From the NCBI RefSeq assembly GCF_965660385.1, contig NZ_CBFHZT010000009.1, positions 8,646-72,645 on the forward strand: a stretch of 64,000 nucleotides of DNA. The letters are read 5' to 3'. The notes beneath the pieces are model-generated. The model had not been told where the DNA came from. It worked only from the letters and a program-made list of their open reading frames with translations, and did not search any database. Of the stretch, positions 1-10,123 are shown in pieces. A program made the translations under genes and the position numbers. Position 1 is the first letter of the stretch, and each line of letters opens with the position of its first letter. This stretch comes from Polaribacter sp. (GTDB taxonomy: Bacteria; Bacteroidota; Bacteroidia; Flavobacteriales; Flavobacteriaceae).

Positions 1-265
1 TAAAAATGATAAATATGGATACTGATTTTGATAATTTCATATATTATTTCGTTTTTTAAAAGTTAAAAATTGCACCTCAAATCTGCATCCTATTTTCGGT
101 GCAATTTTCGGAACTTTTAATTCGAACTAGATTATGAATTCGAACATTAAATAAGTCGTAAAATTACGAATCATTTTACAGATGTTTACAACTTTAGCAT
201 TTTGTTAAGAATTGAAGTTGTAGAAACCCAAACAGAATCTTATTTTTGTGAGATTAATTAGAACA

Positions 266-1348
266 ATGGAGCATTTTATAGTATCAGCACGTAAATACAG
301 ACCTCAAAATTTTGAGGATGTTGTTGGGCAGCAAGCCATAACAAATACGTTGTTGAACGCTATACAAAACAATCATTTAGCGCAAGCACTTTTATTTACA
401 GGGCCAAGAGGTGTAGGTAAAACCTCATGTGCTAGAATATTGGCAAAAAAAATAAATCAACAAGAAGCAAAGGTTTCTGATGATGAAGATTTTGCGTTTA
501 ATATTTTTGAGTTAGATGCTGCCTCTAACAATTCTGTTGATGACATTAGAAGTTTAACAGATCAAGTTCGTATACCTCCTCAAACTGGTAAATACAAAGT
601 TTACATTATTGATGAGGTTCACATGTTGTCTCAAGCTGCTTTTAATGCTTTTTTAAAAACATTAGAAGAACCACCTGCTCATGCCATTTTTATTTTAGCA
701 ACTACAGAAAAGCATAAAATAATTCCTACTATTTTATCTCGCTGTCAAATTTTTGATTTTAAAAGAATTGGAGTTTTAGATGCCAAAAATTATTTAAAAA
801 CCATTTGCGAAAAAGAAAATATTACAGCCGAAGATGATGCTTTGCATATTATTGCACAAAAGGCAGATGGTGCTATGCGCGATGCCTTATCTATTTTTGA
901 TAGAGTAGTTAGTTTTTCTGGTAAAAATTTAACAAGACAAGCTGTAACTGAAAATTTAAATGTATTAGATTACGAAACGTATTTTAATATGACGAATTTA
1001 TTGTTAGAGAATAAAATTCCTGAGGTTTTAAATGCGTTCAATACTATTTTAGGAAAAGGTTTTGAAGGGCATCATTTTATAAACGGATTAGCGAGCCATT
1101 TTAGAGATTTATTAGTAGCAAAAGATAAAGAAACGTTAGATTTACTTGAAGTTGGTGATGCAGCCAAAAAGAAATATTTAGAACAATCTACCAAAGCAAG
1201 TATTCCTTTTTTAATGCAAGCTATTGACAAGGCTAATGATTGCGATTTGAATTACAGAGCTAGTAAAAATCAGCGATTGGTGGTCGAATTAACTTTAATG
1301 CAGATTGCCTCTATCACTTTTGATGGAGAAAAAAAAAAAACCAGCTAA
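266..1348 (+). CDS. dnaX: DNA polymerase III gamma/tau subunit, N-terminal (gamma-length) frame
   Basis: ARKYRPQ start motif, Walker A GPRGVGKT, DEVHML, SRC motif. ATG at 266 preferred over GTG at 248. The frame ends 2 codons after a 12-A run (1329-1340). Confidence 0.96.
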   Translation: MEHFIVSARKYRPQNFEDVVGQQAITNTLLNAIQNNHLAQALLFTGPRGVGKTSCARILAKKINQQEAKVSDDEDFAFNIFELDAASNNSVDDIRSLTDQVRIPPQTGKYKVYIIDEVHMLSQAAFNAFLKTLEEPPAHAIFILATTEKHKIIPTILSRCQIFDFKRIGVLDAKNYLKTICEKENITAEDDALHIIAQKADGAMRDALSIFDRVVSFSGKNLTRQAVTENLNVLDYETYFNMTNLLLENKIPEVLNAFNTILGKGFEGHHFINGLASHFRDLLVAKDKETLDLLEVGDAAKKKYLEQSTKASIPFLMQAIDKANDCDLNYRASKNQRLVVELTLMQIASITFDGEKKKTS

Positions 1349-1955
1349 CTACATAATTCCTGCTACATTTTTCCAAGCGCTTTCTCCTGTCAAAAAAAAT
1401 GTGGTAAAACCTGTACAAAAAACGGTTATTACTAATCAACCTAAAAAAGTTGAAGCACCTAAACCGAAACTAAAAACTCCTATATTAAAAACTGCCCAAA
1501 GAAGAACCTCATCACTTTCTTTAAAAAGCATCCATCAGAAAAAAGAAATTAAAAAAACGCAGGTTGAAGAAAATTATGATAATCACCCAAAAGACAGTTT
1601 TACCGAAGAAAAATTACAAACCCTTTGGGCATCTTATGCAAGTTTACTTCAAAAAAAAGGACAACGAAGCATGGCTTCAATCGTTGCTACAGATGTACCC
1701 AAATTAGAAGAAAATTTTAAAATTTCTTTTTCTGTACCTAACAAATTAATGCTAGATCAGTTTCAAAAAGGAAGACCAAAATTATTAGGTTTTTTGAGAG
1801 AACAATTAAATAATTACGGTATAGAAATCATACTAAAATTAAACGAAAAGGTAGAAAAGAAGTTTGCGTACACCAATCAAGAAAAATTTCTTAAACTGAA
1901 AGAGAAAAATCCTTTATTAGAAAAATTACGACAAACTTTTGAGTTAGATTTGTAA
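1305..1955 (+). CDS. dnaX: C-terminal (tau-specific) part of DnaX in the +1 frame, probably joined at the A-run
   Basis: Overlaps the dnaX end across the A12 run. Has a Pro/Lys-rich linker, then a domain ending KEKNPLLEKLRQTFELDL, typical of Bacteroidota DnaX C-termini. Confidence 0.75.
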   Translation: MPLSLLMEKKKKPANYIIPATFFQALSPVKKNVVKPVQKTVITNQPKKVEAPKPKLKTPILKTAQRRTSSLSLKSIHQKKEIKKTQVEENYDNHPKDSFTEEKLQTLWASYASLLQKKGQRSMASIVATDVPKLEENFKISFSVPNKLMLDQFQKGRPKLLGFLREQLNNYGIEIILKLNEKVEKKFAYTNQEKFLKLKEKNPLLEKLRQTFELDL

Positions 1956-2009
1956 CAAACTTAGAATTTAGACTACTTATTTTAGCTTAGTAATAAACAA
2001 AACTAACTT

Positions 2010-3659
2010 ATGAATTACTTTTTAGGAATTGCTTTTATTGCGGTTATTTGGTTCTTAATTAGTAATGAAGTCAAAAAAAAGAAGCGTAAAAAATTTAAAG
2101 CAACTCTTTTTGAAAATTGGGGTAAATACCAAAAAAAAGCATATTACAATTTTTTTGTAATTGGTAAATATTTTAACAATAATATTCATAAAGAAGAAGC
2201 GTTTCACATTATATCTGAAAAAAGCAAAAACGATTTTGATATTGATGAAATCTTTCAATTATTAGACAGAACTTGTTCTAAAATTGGGCAACAATATTTG
2301 TACTTTAAATTAAGAACTATTGATTCTTTACAAAATTTACTAAAATTTGATGAACTTGTTACTCTATTTCAAAAAGACAAAGTACTCAGCATCAACTGCC
2401 AAATACAACTATCTACATTAAATAATAATGATGCTTATTATTTGGAAGAATTGATAAACGGTAAACAATTAGAAAAGCCCACATACTTGTGGTTAATTAA
2501 ACTGCTTACGATTTTGTCTATTTTATCGATAGGTTTATCATTTTATCATCCTGCTTTTGGACTTTTGTTGATTCCTATTGGAGCCACAAATATGGTATTT
2601 CACTATAAAAACAAACATAGTGTAAGTTATTATTTAAATGGTGTTACACAATTGTCTAAAGCTTTAAAAGTTAGTGAGAAACTCATTAAAAATGAAAAAA
2701 TCAAACAACATTTTACAGATGTATCATTCATTGGGCGCATTAAATCCATCAAATATAAAACCGAATTTATTTCTTTTGAAAAAAACATAAGCAACGAATT
2801 TTTATTTGCAATCTGGTTTGTTTTTGAACTTATTAAAGCATTATTTAATATAGAATATTTGATGTTTAATAGCTTTTTAAACTCCATTACTAAAGAAAAA
2901 GGAAATATAGAAAAATTGTTTCTTTTTATTGGTGAAATTGACACTGCTATTTCTACAGCTTCCCTAAAATCAGGAAATTTAAATATTTGTACACCAAGTT
3001 TTACTAATGATTTTAGTTTTAAGGCCGAAGAAATACATCATCCTTTAATAGATGATTGCATTGAAAATACTCTAAATTTAAAAAGTAAAAGCTTATTACT
3101 AACTGGCTCTAACATGTCTGGTAAAACTACCTTTATTAGAACTGTTGCCATAAACAGTATTTTGGCACAAACGCTACATATTTGCTTTGCAAAAAATTAT
3201 TCAGCTCCTTTTTACAAACTTTATTCTTCTATTCAAATTTCGGATAATTTATTAGATCAAACAAGCTATTATTTACAAGAAGTATTGACCGTAAAAGAAT
3301 TAATTGAAGCCTCAAAACAAACTACACCTTGTTTATTTGTGCTCGATGAAATTTTTAAAGGCACTAATACTATAGAAAGAATTTCTGGTGGGAAAGCAAT
3401 ACTTTCTTACCTCAACAAAAAACAGCATACAGTTTTAGTTTCCACGCACGACATTGAACTTACAGCGCTTTTACAAAAAGAAAATTACGAATTATACCAC
3501 TTTAGCGAACACATAAATAATAACGAACTTATTTTTGATCACAAATTAAAGTCAGGAAAGCTAAAAACCCGAAACGCAATTAAAATTTTAGAAATTTATA
3601 ATTATCCAAAAGAAGTAGTCAAAAATGCTAAACAGATAGAAAACAATTATTTTTCTTGA
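2010..3659 (+). CDS. Membrane-anchored MutS-related protein (MutS domain V ATPase only)
   Basis: N-terminal and internal hydrophobic helices, Walker A GSNMSGKTT, Walker B FVLDEIFKGTN, VSTHD motif. No mismatch-binding domain is evident. Confidence 0.85.
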   Translation: MNYFLGIAFIAVIWFLISNEVKKKKRKKFKATLFENWGKYQKKAYYNFFVIGKYFNNNIHKEEAFHIISEKSKNDFDIDEIFQLLDRTCSKIGQQYLYFKLRTIDSLQNLLKFDELVTLFQKDKVLSINCQIQLSTLNNNDAYYLEELINGKQLEKPTYLWLIKLLTILSILSIGLSFYHPAFGLLLIPIGATNMVFHYKNKHSVSYYLNGVTQLSKALKVSEKLIKNEKIKQHFTDVSFIGRIKSIKYKTEFISFEKNISNEFLFAIWFVFELIKALFNIEYLMFNSFLNSITKEKGNIEKLFLFIGEIDTAISTASLKSGNLNICTPSFTNDFSFKAEEIHHPLIDDCIENTLNLKSKSLLLTGSNMSGKTTFIRTVAINSILAQTLHICFAKNYSAPFYKLYSSIQISDNLLDQTSYYLQEVLTVKELIEASKQTTPCLFVLDEIFKGTNTIERISGGKAILSYLNKKQHTVLVSTHDIELTALLQKENYELYHFSEHINNNELIFDHKLKSGKLKTRNAIKILEIYNYPKEVVKNAKQIENNYFS

Positions 3660-3674
3660 TTTTTGAGTTTTAAA

Positions 3675-5528
3675 TTAAACCTCATCTGCAACAATTTTTT
3701 CTTTGTAAGAATTGCTAATTTCTTTACCTAAGTAAGATAATACCAAGTTTTTCTTTTCCATTTTTTCTTTTTCAACCTCTGCAATTAAGTACAAACCTTT
3801 TTCATTTTCAATAAACAAAGGAATCGATTTTTCTTCTTTAGCTAATAAAGCTAAAATAGCATCATACTCTTTTTCGTTATTAATTTTAACTTCCTTAATG
3901 GTTGGGTTTTCTCTAAACGCCTCACTTAAATTAATATAATCATCATTAGGCGTAAAAAAACCTAAACGCTCTTTTTCTTTAGCATTAACAACCTCTAAAG
4001 AAGAAGCCAATCTAAAAGAACCATGCTCTCCAAAAATATCAGAAAATGTAGATAATGCATATTTATTTACGGCATCGTTTCCTGTCATAGCAATTAAATA
4101 GCCCACATCACTCAACTCTATATTGCTGCCCAAATCATCATCATAAATATTTACTGCAATCGCCTCAAAATCATCTTCTTGCGCTTGATCAATAAAGTTT
4201 TTATTAGAATCTATCAAAACCACTCTTTTCCCTTTATCTCTTAAATATGAAGCAATTAATCTTGATGGATTAGAAGCACCAACAATTAAAATTGCATTTG
4301 AACTCTTTAAAAAAACACCCACCATTTTAGAAAATAATCTTGCTGTTGTTGCATTTAACAAAACAGTACCTAACACAATCATAAACACTAAAGGTGTTAT
4401 GTATTCTGCACCTTCAACACCTTGTTTTAACAGTTTACTACCAAATAAAGAGGCAATACCTGCTGCTACAATACCTCTTGGTCCTACCCAACTTATAAAA
4501 AGTTTTTCATTAAACTTCAATTTTGAGTTTAAGGTGCTTGCAAAAACGGCTAAAGGCCTTATTACAAAGACTACAATAGCAAATAAAGATGCTGTTTTCC
4601 ATGTATAGAGCAACATTAAATCTTGCATATTAATATTTGCAGCAAGCAAAATAAATAAAATTGAGATGAGTAAAACACTCAAAGATTCTTTGAAGTATAG
4701 CAATTCTTTTATATTATTTAGTTTTCCATTTCCTAAAACCATACCCATAACTACTACTGCCAAAAGTCCAGATTCATGAGCAAACATTTCTGATTCTACA
4801 AAAACCAGCAAAACCGTAGATAAAGACACTACATTTAATAAATAATGTGGAATTAGTTTTTTGTTAACTGCATAAGCAAGTGCATGGGCAAAAGTAAAAC
4901 CGAAAGTTGTACCAAAAAGTAGAATTTTACCAAATTCAATCAATGCAGTTTTGGTAAAACCACCACCACCACCAACACTAATAAATTCGAAAACCAATAC
5001 AGCTACTAAAGCTCCAATTGGGTCTATTAAAATCCCTTCCCATTTTAAAACGGTAGAAATATCTCTTTTTAAAGGGATGTTTCTTAAAATTGGAGTAATT
5101 ACAGTTGGCCCAGTAACAATAATTAAACCAGAAAAAAGAAAAGACAAATCCCAACTTAAATTAAATACGTAATGCGCAACTATACCTGCACCTAAAAAAG
5201 TTATCGCAGAACCTAAAGTGATTAATTTGGTTATTACTGGCCCTACGTGTTTAATTTCACTCCTTTTTAAAGTTAAACCACCTTCAAACAGAATAATACT
5301 TATGGCCAAAGACACAAAATAATACAAACTTTCACCTGGAAACAAGCCTTTTTCTCCATTCCAAACGGGTTCAATCCATTTTGTACCATCTTCACTCAAA
5401 TAGGTTGCTGCAATTGGCCCAACTAATAAACCTACTAAAATTAAAGGCAATATAGCAGGGATTTTAAATTTCCAAGCCACCCATTGTGCCAATATTCCTA
5501 AAATAATAATTCCTGCTAATTCTAACAT
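3675..5528 (-). CDS. CPA1/NhaP-type cation:proton antiporter with C-terminal TrkA-N-like domain
   Basis: About 12 TM helices, LFEGGL, TGPTV, EGILIDP and GPRGIVAA motifs, C-terminal Rossmann-like ILIVGAS. Confidence 0.9.
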   Translation of the reverse strand: MLELAGIIILGILAQWVAWKFKIPAILPLILVGLLVGPIAATYLSEDGTKWIEPVWNGEKGLFPGESLYYFVSLAISIILFEGGLTLKRSEIKHVGPVITKLITLGSAITFLGAGIVAHYVFNLSWDLSFLFSGLIIVTGPTVITPILRNIPLKRDISTVLKWEGILIDPIGALVAVLVFEFISVGGGGGFTKTALIEFGKILLFGTTFGFTFAHALAYAVNKKLIPHYLLNVVSLSTVLLVFVESEMFAHESGLLAVVVMGMVLGNGKLNNIKELLYFKESLSVLLISILFILLAANINMQDLMLLYTWKTASLFAIVVFVIRPLAVFASTLNSKLKFNEKLFISWVGPRGIVAAGIASLFGSKLLKQGVEGAEYITPLVFMIVLGTVLLNATTARLFSKMVGVFLKSSNAILIVGASNPSRLIASYLRDKGKRVVLIDSNKNFIDQAQEDDFEAIAVNIYDDDLGSNIELSDVGYLIAMTGNDAVNKYALSTFSDIFGEHGSFRLASSLEVVNAKEKERLGFFTPNDDYINLSEAFRENPTIKEVKINNEKEYDAILALLAKEEKSIPLFIENEKGLYLIAEVEKEKMEKKNLVLSYLGKEISNSYKEKIVADEV

Positions 5529-5658
5529 AGTTTAATTAATCTGATGAATGAGTAAATTTAAGAATGTTTAGGCATCATTAAAATAAAAATTATAGTTTTT
5601 TTTCTTTCCTATAAAGTTTGGTATCTTGTGCAAATAACTCAATCTCTAAATCTTTTTT

Positions 5659-6492
5659 TTGCCTAATTTTAATAAAATCTTAATTGGAATCGCTTTTTCT
5701 CCAAACCTAAAACCCAACCTTTTTGAAGCCATTCGTTTAGCAAACTTGTTTAATGCTGACTTAATTGGTGTACATGTTGGTGATCAATCAAAAGAAAAAG
5801 AAGACAAGCTAAATGTAATTTTAGATAAAGCCGAAGATTTACAAACCAATTTTACAATCATTTGGCAAAGAGGTAAACCTGTAGATGTTATTCTAGAAAT
5901 TTGTAAAAACAAGCAAATAGATTTATTAATTTTAGGTGCCTTACAACAAGAAAAACGATATAAATATTATGTTGGGCCAGTTGCTCAAAAAATAACAAGA
6001 AAAGTACCATGCTCTATACTTTTATTAATTAAACCATCTATAATAAGGGTGCCTTGTAAACACATTGTTGTAAATGGTTTAGAGGATGAAAGAACCGAAG
6101 AAACAATTAAAACTGCTTTTGTAGTTTCTGATTATCTAAACTGTAAAAAAATAACTATTGTTGAAGAAATAAAACCACAAGATTTACAAGTTCATATAGA
6201 TGATGACAAATCGTTACGAAAAGCAACCATTGCAAAAAAACGGATAGAACTCAGAGAAAACAGGCGTGTACAAAATATTTTAAAAGAAATAGACAGTACT
6301 GATTTAACCATAAAAACTCAAAGTATTTTCGGGAAAAGAGGGTATTCTATTGGGCATTATGCAAAAATTAAAAGAGCAGATTTATTGATCATGAATGCCC
6401 CAAAAAAATTAAGATTTATACACCGTATTTTTCCAGATGATATTGAATATATTTTATCAGAATTACCAGCAGATGTTTTAATTGTAAAATAA
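5659..6492 (+). CDS. Universal stress protein (tandem UspA domains)
   Basis: KILIGIAFS start, IDLLILG and ADLLIM motifs, PCSILLL and PADVLIVK domain ends. TTG start. Confidence 0.8.
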   Translation: MPNFNKILIGIAFSPNLKPNLFEAIRLANLFNADLIGVHVGDQSKEKEDKLNVILDKAEDLQTNFTIIWQRGKPVDVILEICKNKQIDLLILGALQQEKRYKYYVGPVAQKITRKVPCSILLLIKPSIIRVPCKHIVVNGLEDERTEETIKTAFVVSDYLNCKKITIVEEIKPQDLQVHIDDDKSLRKATIAKKRIELRENRRVQNILKEIDSTDLTIKTQSIFGKRGYSIGHYAKIKRADLLIMNAPKKLRFIHRIFPDDIEYILSELPADVLIVK

Positions 6493-8685
6493 ATGAAAAA
6501 ACAAAGTACATTTAAAACCTTCTTGTCAGAAATTCCTCAAAATTTATTTTCTGGTTTTGTGGTCTCTTTAATTGCCTTGCCTTTAGGTTTAGGTTTGGCT
6601 TTGGCATCTGGTGCTCCACCAATTTCTGGGGTTATTGCAGCCATTGTTGGTGGTATTGTTGTTTCACTTATTGGAGGCTCTAACGTAACAATTACAGGAC
6701 CTGGAAATGGTTTAGTGGTGGTAATTTTAGCTGCAATAACTACCTTAGGAAATGGCGATATGCAACAAGGTTTTTTGTACACCTTGGCTGCAATTGTTAT
6801 TTCTGGTGTTTTAATGATTATGCTTGGTTTTTTAAGAATGGGTAGCCTTGGAGACTTCTTTCCTTCTTCTGCAATACAAGGTATGTTAGCAGCTATTGGT
6901 ATTGGTATTTTTGCCAAGCAATTTCACGTAATGTTGGGGAATACAGAAGCTAAAGGTAGTATAATTCAATTGTTGATACAAGTACCAGAAGGAATTATCA
7001 GTTTTATGAAAGCTGATAATTCTAGTACTTTTTACGCAGGTTTAGTTGGTATTTTTAGTTTATTGATTATGATTTTTTACCCCAAAATTAGAAATCGATA
7101 TTTAAAATTAATTCCTGCGCCCATGTGGATTGTTTTATTAAGTGTAGGAATGTATTTTTATTTTGATAAATTTTCTGCGTTAAATTATCCAATTGAGAAA
7201 AATTTACTCATTAATTTACCTGACGATATTTTATCAAATTTTGCTTTTCCTGATTTTGGAAAAATTTACAAAATCGACTTTATAAGTGCTGTAATTAGCA
7301 TCACCTTAATTGCTAGTATAGAAAGTTTATTGAGTATTAAAGCAGTAGATAAATTAGATGCTTTAAAAAGAAGATCTAACATAAATAAGGATATTAAAGC
7401 TTTGGGAATTGCTACTGTAATTAGCGGATTTTTAGGCGGTTTAAATGTAGTAACTGTAATTGCCAGAAGTTCTGTAAACGTAAACAATAAAGGTAGTAAT
7501 CGATCATCGAACTTTTTTCATGCATGTTTTTTAGTGTTATTTATCCTTTTATTTGCTGCAGAATTGCGTAAAATTCCTTTACCTGCTTTGGCTGCGATAT
7601 TAGTGTTTACGGGCTATAAACTGGCCTCTCCTCAAAACATAAAAAAAGTGTTTGATGTAGGTAAAGAGCAATTGTTAATTTTTTTAATTACGCTTATCAT
7701 TACAATTAGTACAAATTTAATTACTGGAATTTTATCAGGTATTTTTGCCACATTTATCATTCATAGTATCATTACAAAAAATGTTCGATTATTTTTAAAA
7801 AATGCTTTAAAGCCCAATGTTTTAATGTTTAAACAAGATGATAAATATTATGTGAGTGTTAAAAATTTTTCGAGCTTTTTAAACTATACCAAACTTAAAG
7901 ATAAAATAAATCAAATTCCAGAAACAGAGGAAGCCATTATAGATTTTACACTTTGCGATTTTGTAGACGTTTCTGTAATGGAAAATTTAAGCAATTATGC
8001 AGAGAGTTTTACAAGAAAAGGTGGGCATTTTGAGGTTATTGGTTTAGATGAAGCTAAATCTGAAAATAATCATCCTTTTGCTTTGCGAAAAATTATTCCA
8101 AAACAGATGCAATCTTCAAACTATTTTTTAACCAGAAGACAAAAATCCATTGAAAATATTAGTAAAGAAATTCAATGGAAATATGATGCTTTTTCTGATG
8201 TTGAAATGAAAGAATTACCCTCTTTTGGATATTTTAAAACAAGAAGAATTGAAAAAATTTCCAACGTACTTTCTAACGATTCTTGTACACTTTTTGACGC
8301 GCATTTCTCTGAAGGTGAGTTAATTGCCAAGCAATTGATTAAAATTACCATGTTACACATTCATACAGATAAGGATATTCCTGATTTTACTTTAGATAAA
8401 GAAGGCTTTTTTGAACATTTTCTACATTTTGTAGGATATAAAGACATTGATATTGACAACCATGCAGACTTTAGCAAACGATTTTATTTATCAGGAAAAA
8501 ATGAAGAAGAAATAAGGACCTTTTTTACAAACGAATTAATTCTCTTTTTTGAAAGTAATAGACAATATCATATTGAAGCCTCAGAAAACGGATTACTAAT
8601 TATTGGAAATGAACGTTTAAAAAGTGTAAAAGAAATAAAAGCACTCGCCTATTTTGGTATGGGTTTGCAGAAAATTATTCAATAA
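6493..8685 (+). CDS. SulP family anion transporter with STAS-like domain and C-terminal extension
   Basis: ALPLGLGLALASG, GPGNG, ESLLS and VIARSSVN SulP motifs. ATG directly follows the uspA stop. Confidence 0.9.
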   Translation: MKKQSTFKTFLSEIPQNLFSGFVVSLIALPLGLGLALASGAPPISGVIAAIVGGIVVSLIGGSNVTITGPGNGLVVVILAAITTLGNGDMQQGFLYTLAAIVISGVLMIMLGFLRMGSLGDFFPSSAIQGMLAAIGIGIFAKQFHVMLGNTEAKGSIIQLLIQVPEGIISFMKADNSSTFYAGLVGIFSLLIMIFYPKIRNRYLKLIPAPMWIVLLSVGMYFYFDKFSALNYPIEKNLLINLPDDILSNFAFPDFGKIYKIDFISAVISITLIASIESLLSIKAVDKLDALKRRSNINKDIKALGIATVISGFLGGLNVVTVIARSSVNVNNKGSNRSSNFFHACFLVLFILLFAAELRKIPLPALAAILVFTGYKLASPQNIKKVFDVGKEQLLIFLITLIITISTNLITGILSGIFATFIIHSIITKNVRLFLKNALKPNVLMFKQDDKYYVSVKNFSSFLNYTKLKDKINQIPETEEAIIDFTLCDFVDVSVMENLSNYAESFTRKGGHFEVIGLDEAKSENNHPFALRKIIPKQMQSSNYFLTRRQKSIENISKEIQWKYDAFSDVEMKELPSFGYFKTRRIEKISNVLSNDSCTLFDAHFSEGELIAKQLIKITMLHIHTDKDIPDFTLDKEGFFEHFLHFVGYKDIDIDNHADFSKRFYLSGKNEEEIRTFFTNELILFFESNRQYHIEASENGLLIIGNERLKSVKEIKALAYFGMGLQKIIQ

Positions 8686-8686
8686 A

Positions 8687-10000
8687 CTAAATACTTATAA
8701 CTCGAACCTTTTTATTTTTTAATCTTACATTATTTAAATCCTCAACCAATCTCTTGGCTTCAGAAACTGGTACAGCAACAAAAGCACAATCTTGTTTTAA
8801 TTCGATTACGCCTAATTGATCTTTGTTTAAATTTCCTTTTTTAAAGAATAAACCAGCAATATCCCCTTTAGAAATTTTATCTTTTCTACCTCCAGAAATA
8901 AATAAAGTTTCCCAAAAAACAGGCTTAATTTGCTGTTTATTACTAATATTTGCATTGGTTGCACCTTTTATAAAATCTGGTAAATGTTCTTTATCCCATT
9001 TTAAAACATAAGCAGTTCCTTTGGCATTTACCCTTGCTGTTCTTCCATTTCTATGGGTAAATTCCTCAATTCTTTCTGGCAATTCATAATGAATAATATA
9101 TTTCATTTCTGGAATATCTATTCCTCTTGCAGCCAAATCTGTAGCTACTAAAATTTGGCTCGTTCCATTTCTAAACTTAATTAAAGAACGTTCTCTGTCT
9201 CTTTGCTCCATGCCTCCAGAAAAACAACTGTGTGCTAGTTTATTTTTTGTTAAAAATTCGCTTACGCTATCTATACTACTTTTTAGATTACAAAAAATAA
9301 TTCCAGGTTGATTACCAATATGTTTTACTAAATCTACTAAAGTTTGATTTTTATTTTTTGATGGGGAAGCAACAATTTTAATAGCTAATTTCTTTGATTT
9401 TTTTCCTGTTAAATAATTGATAACCTTTGGATTGTTTAACTTAACAAAGTCAGGAATTTCAGCATCTTGAGTTGCAGATGTTAGGATACGCTTGTTGATG
9501 TTTGGCAGTTGATTAATAATGCCTCTCATTTCATATTCAAAGCCAACTTCTAAAGATTTATCAAACTCATCTAAAATTAAAGTTTTGATGCTTTCTTTAG
9601 AAAAGCGATCGTTAGCAAAATGGTCAGAAATTCTACCTGGAGTTCCAATTAAAATACTCGGTGTATGTTTAATTTCTATTTTATCTTTTGCCATAGAGCG
9701 CCCTCCATACACTGCATTTACTTTAAAACCAGTGCCCATTTCGCGAATAACTTGTTCTATTTGAATAGCTAATTCTCTTGAAGGGACTAAAATTAAAACT
9801 TGAATTTCCTGATTCTCAGCATCAATTAATTGTAAAGTTGGCAATAAAAAAGCCAAAGTTTTACCTGTACCTGTTGGCGAAAGTATCACTGTATTGTTAT
9901 TTGAATCTACTACAGAAATGGCTTCGTTTTGCATTTCGTTTAACTCGTAAATATTTAGCTTTGCTAAAATTTCTTCTTGATTTTTAATTGTATTTGCCAT
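8687..10000 (-). CDS. DEAD-box RNA helicase with DbpA-type C-terminal RNA-binding domain
   Basis: SPTGTGKT, PSRELA, TPGR, DEFD, SAT, ARGID and HRNGRTAR motifs, C-terminal GGRKDKISKGDI. Confidence 0.93.
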   Translation of the reverse strand: MANTIKNQEEILAKLNIYELNEMQNEAISVVDSNNNTVILSPTGTGKTLAFLLPTLQLIDAENQEIQVLILVPSRELAIQIEQVIREMGTGFKVNAVYGGRSMAKDKIEIKHTPSILIGTPGRISDHFANDRFSKESIKTLILDEFDKSLEVGFEYEMRGIINQLPNINKRILTSATQDAEIPDFVKLNNPKVINYLTGKKSKKLAIKIVASPSKNKNQTLVDLVKHIGNQPGIIFCNLKSSIDSVSEFLTKNKLAHSCFSGGMEQRDRERSLIKFRNGTSQILVATDLAARGIDIPEMKYIIHYELPERIEEFTHRNGRTARVNAKGTAYVLKWDKEHLPDFIKGATNANISNKQQIKPVFWETLFISGGRKDKISKGDIAGLFFKKGNLNKDQLGVIELKQDCAFVAVPVSEAKRLVEDLNNVRLKNKKVRVISI

Positions 10001-10055
10001 AACTATTGTAATATCTTAAGCTCTTTAATAAAAGCCAATCTGCTTAAATTTTTGC

Positions 10056-10063
10056 CAAAGATA
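10056..10063 (-). promoter_or_regulatory. Bacteroidota -7 promoter element (TATCTTTG) for the helicase
   Basis: Matches TAnnTTTG on the minus strand, about 55 nt upstream of the ATG at 10000. Confidence 0.55.
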
Positions 10064-10097
10064 GTTCGTCTTTTGCTATAAAAGACGTTATATTCTT

Positions 10098-10105
10098 TAC
10101 TTTTG
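10098..10105 (+). promoter_or_regulatory. Bacteroidota -7 promoter element (TACTTTTG) for miaE
   Basis: TAnnTTTG match 18 nt before ATG 10124, with TTTG at 10072-10075 as a possible -33 element. Confidence 0.55.
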
Positions 10106-10123
10106 CACTATCAAATAAAAACA

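Noticed and set aside
1325-1328. GGAG as a Shine-Dalgarno stimulator of ribosomal frameshifting in dnaX
   Set aside because: Bacteroidota generally do not use SD pairing and the motif directly abuts the A-run. Transcriptional slippage or an assembly error explains the site more simply.
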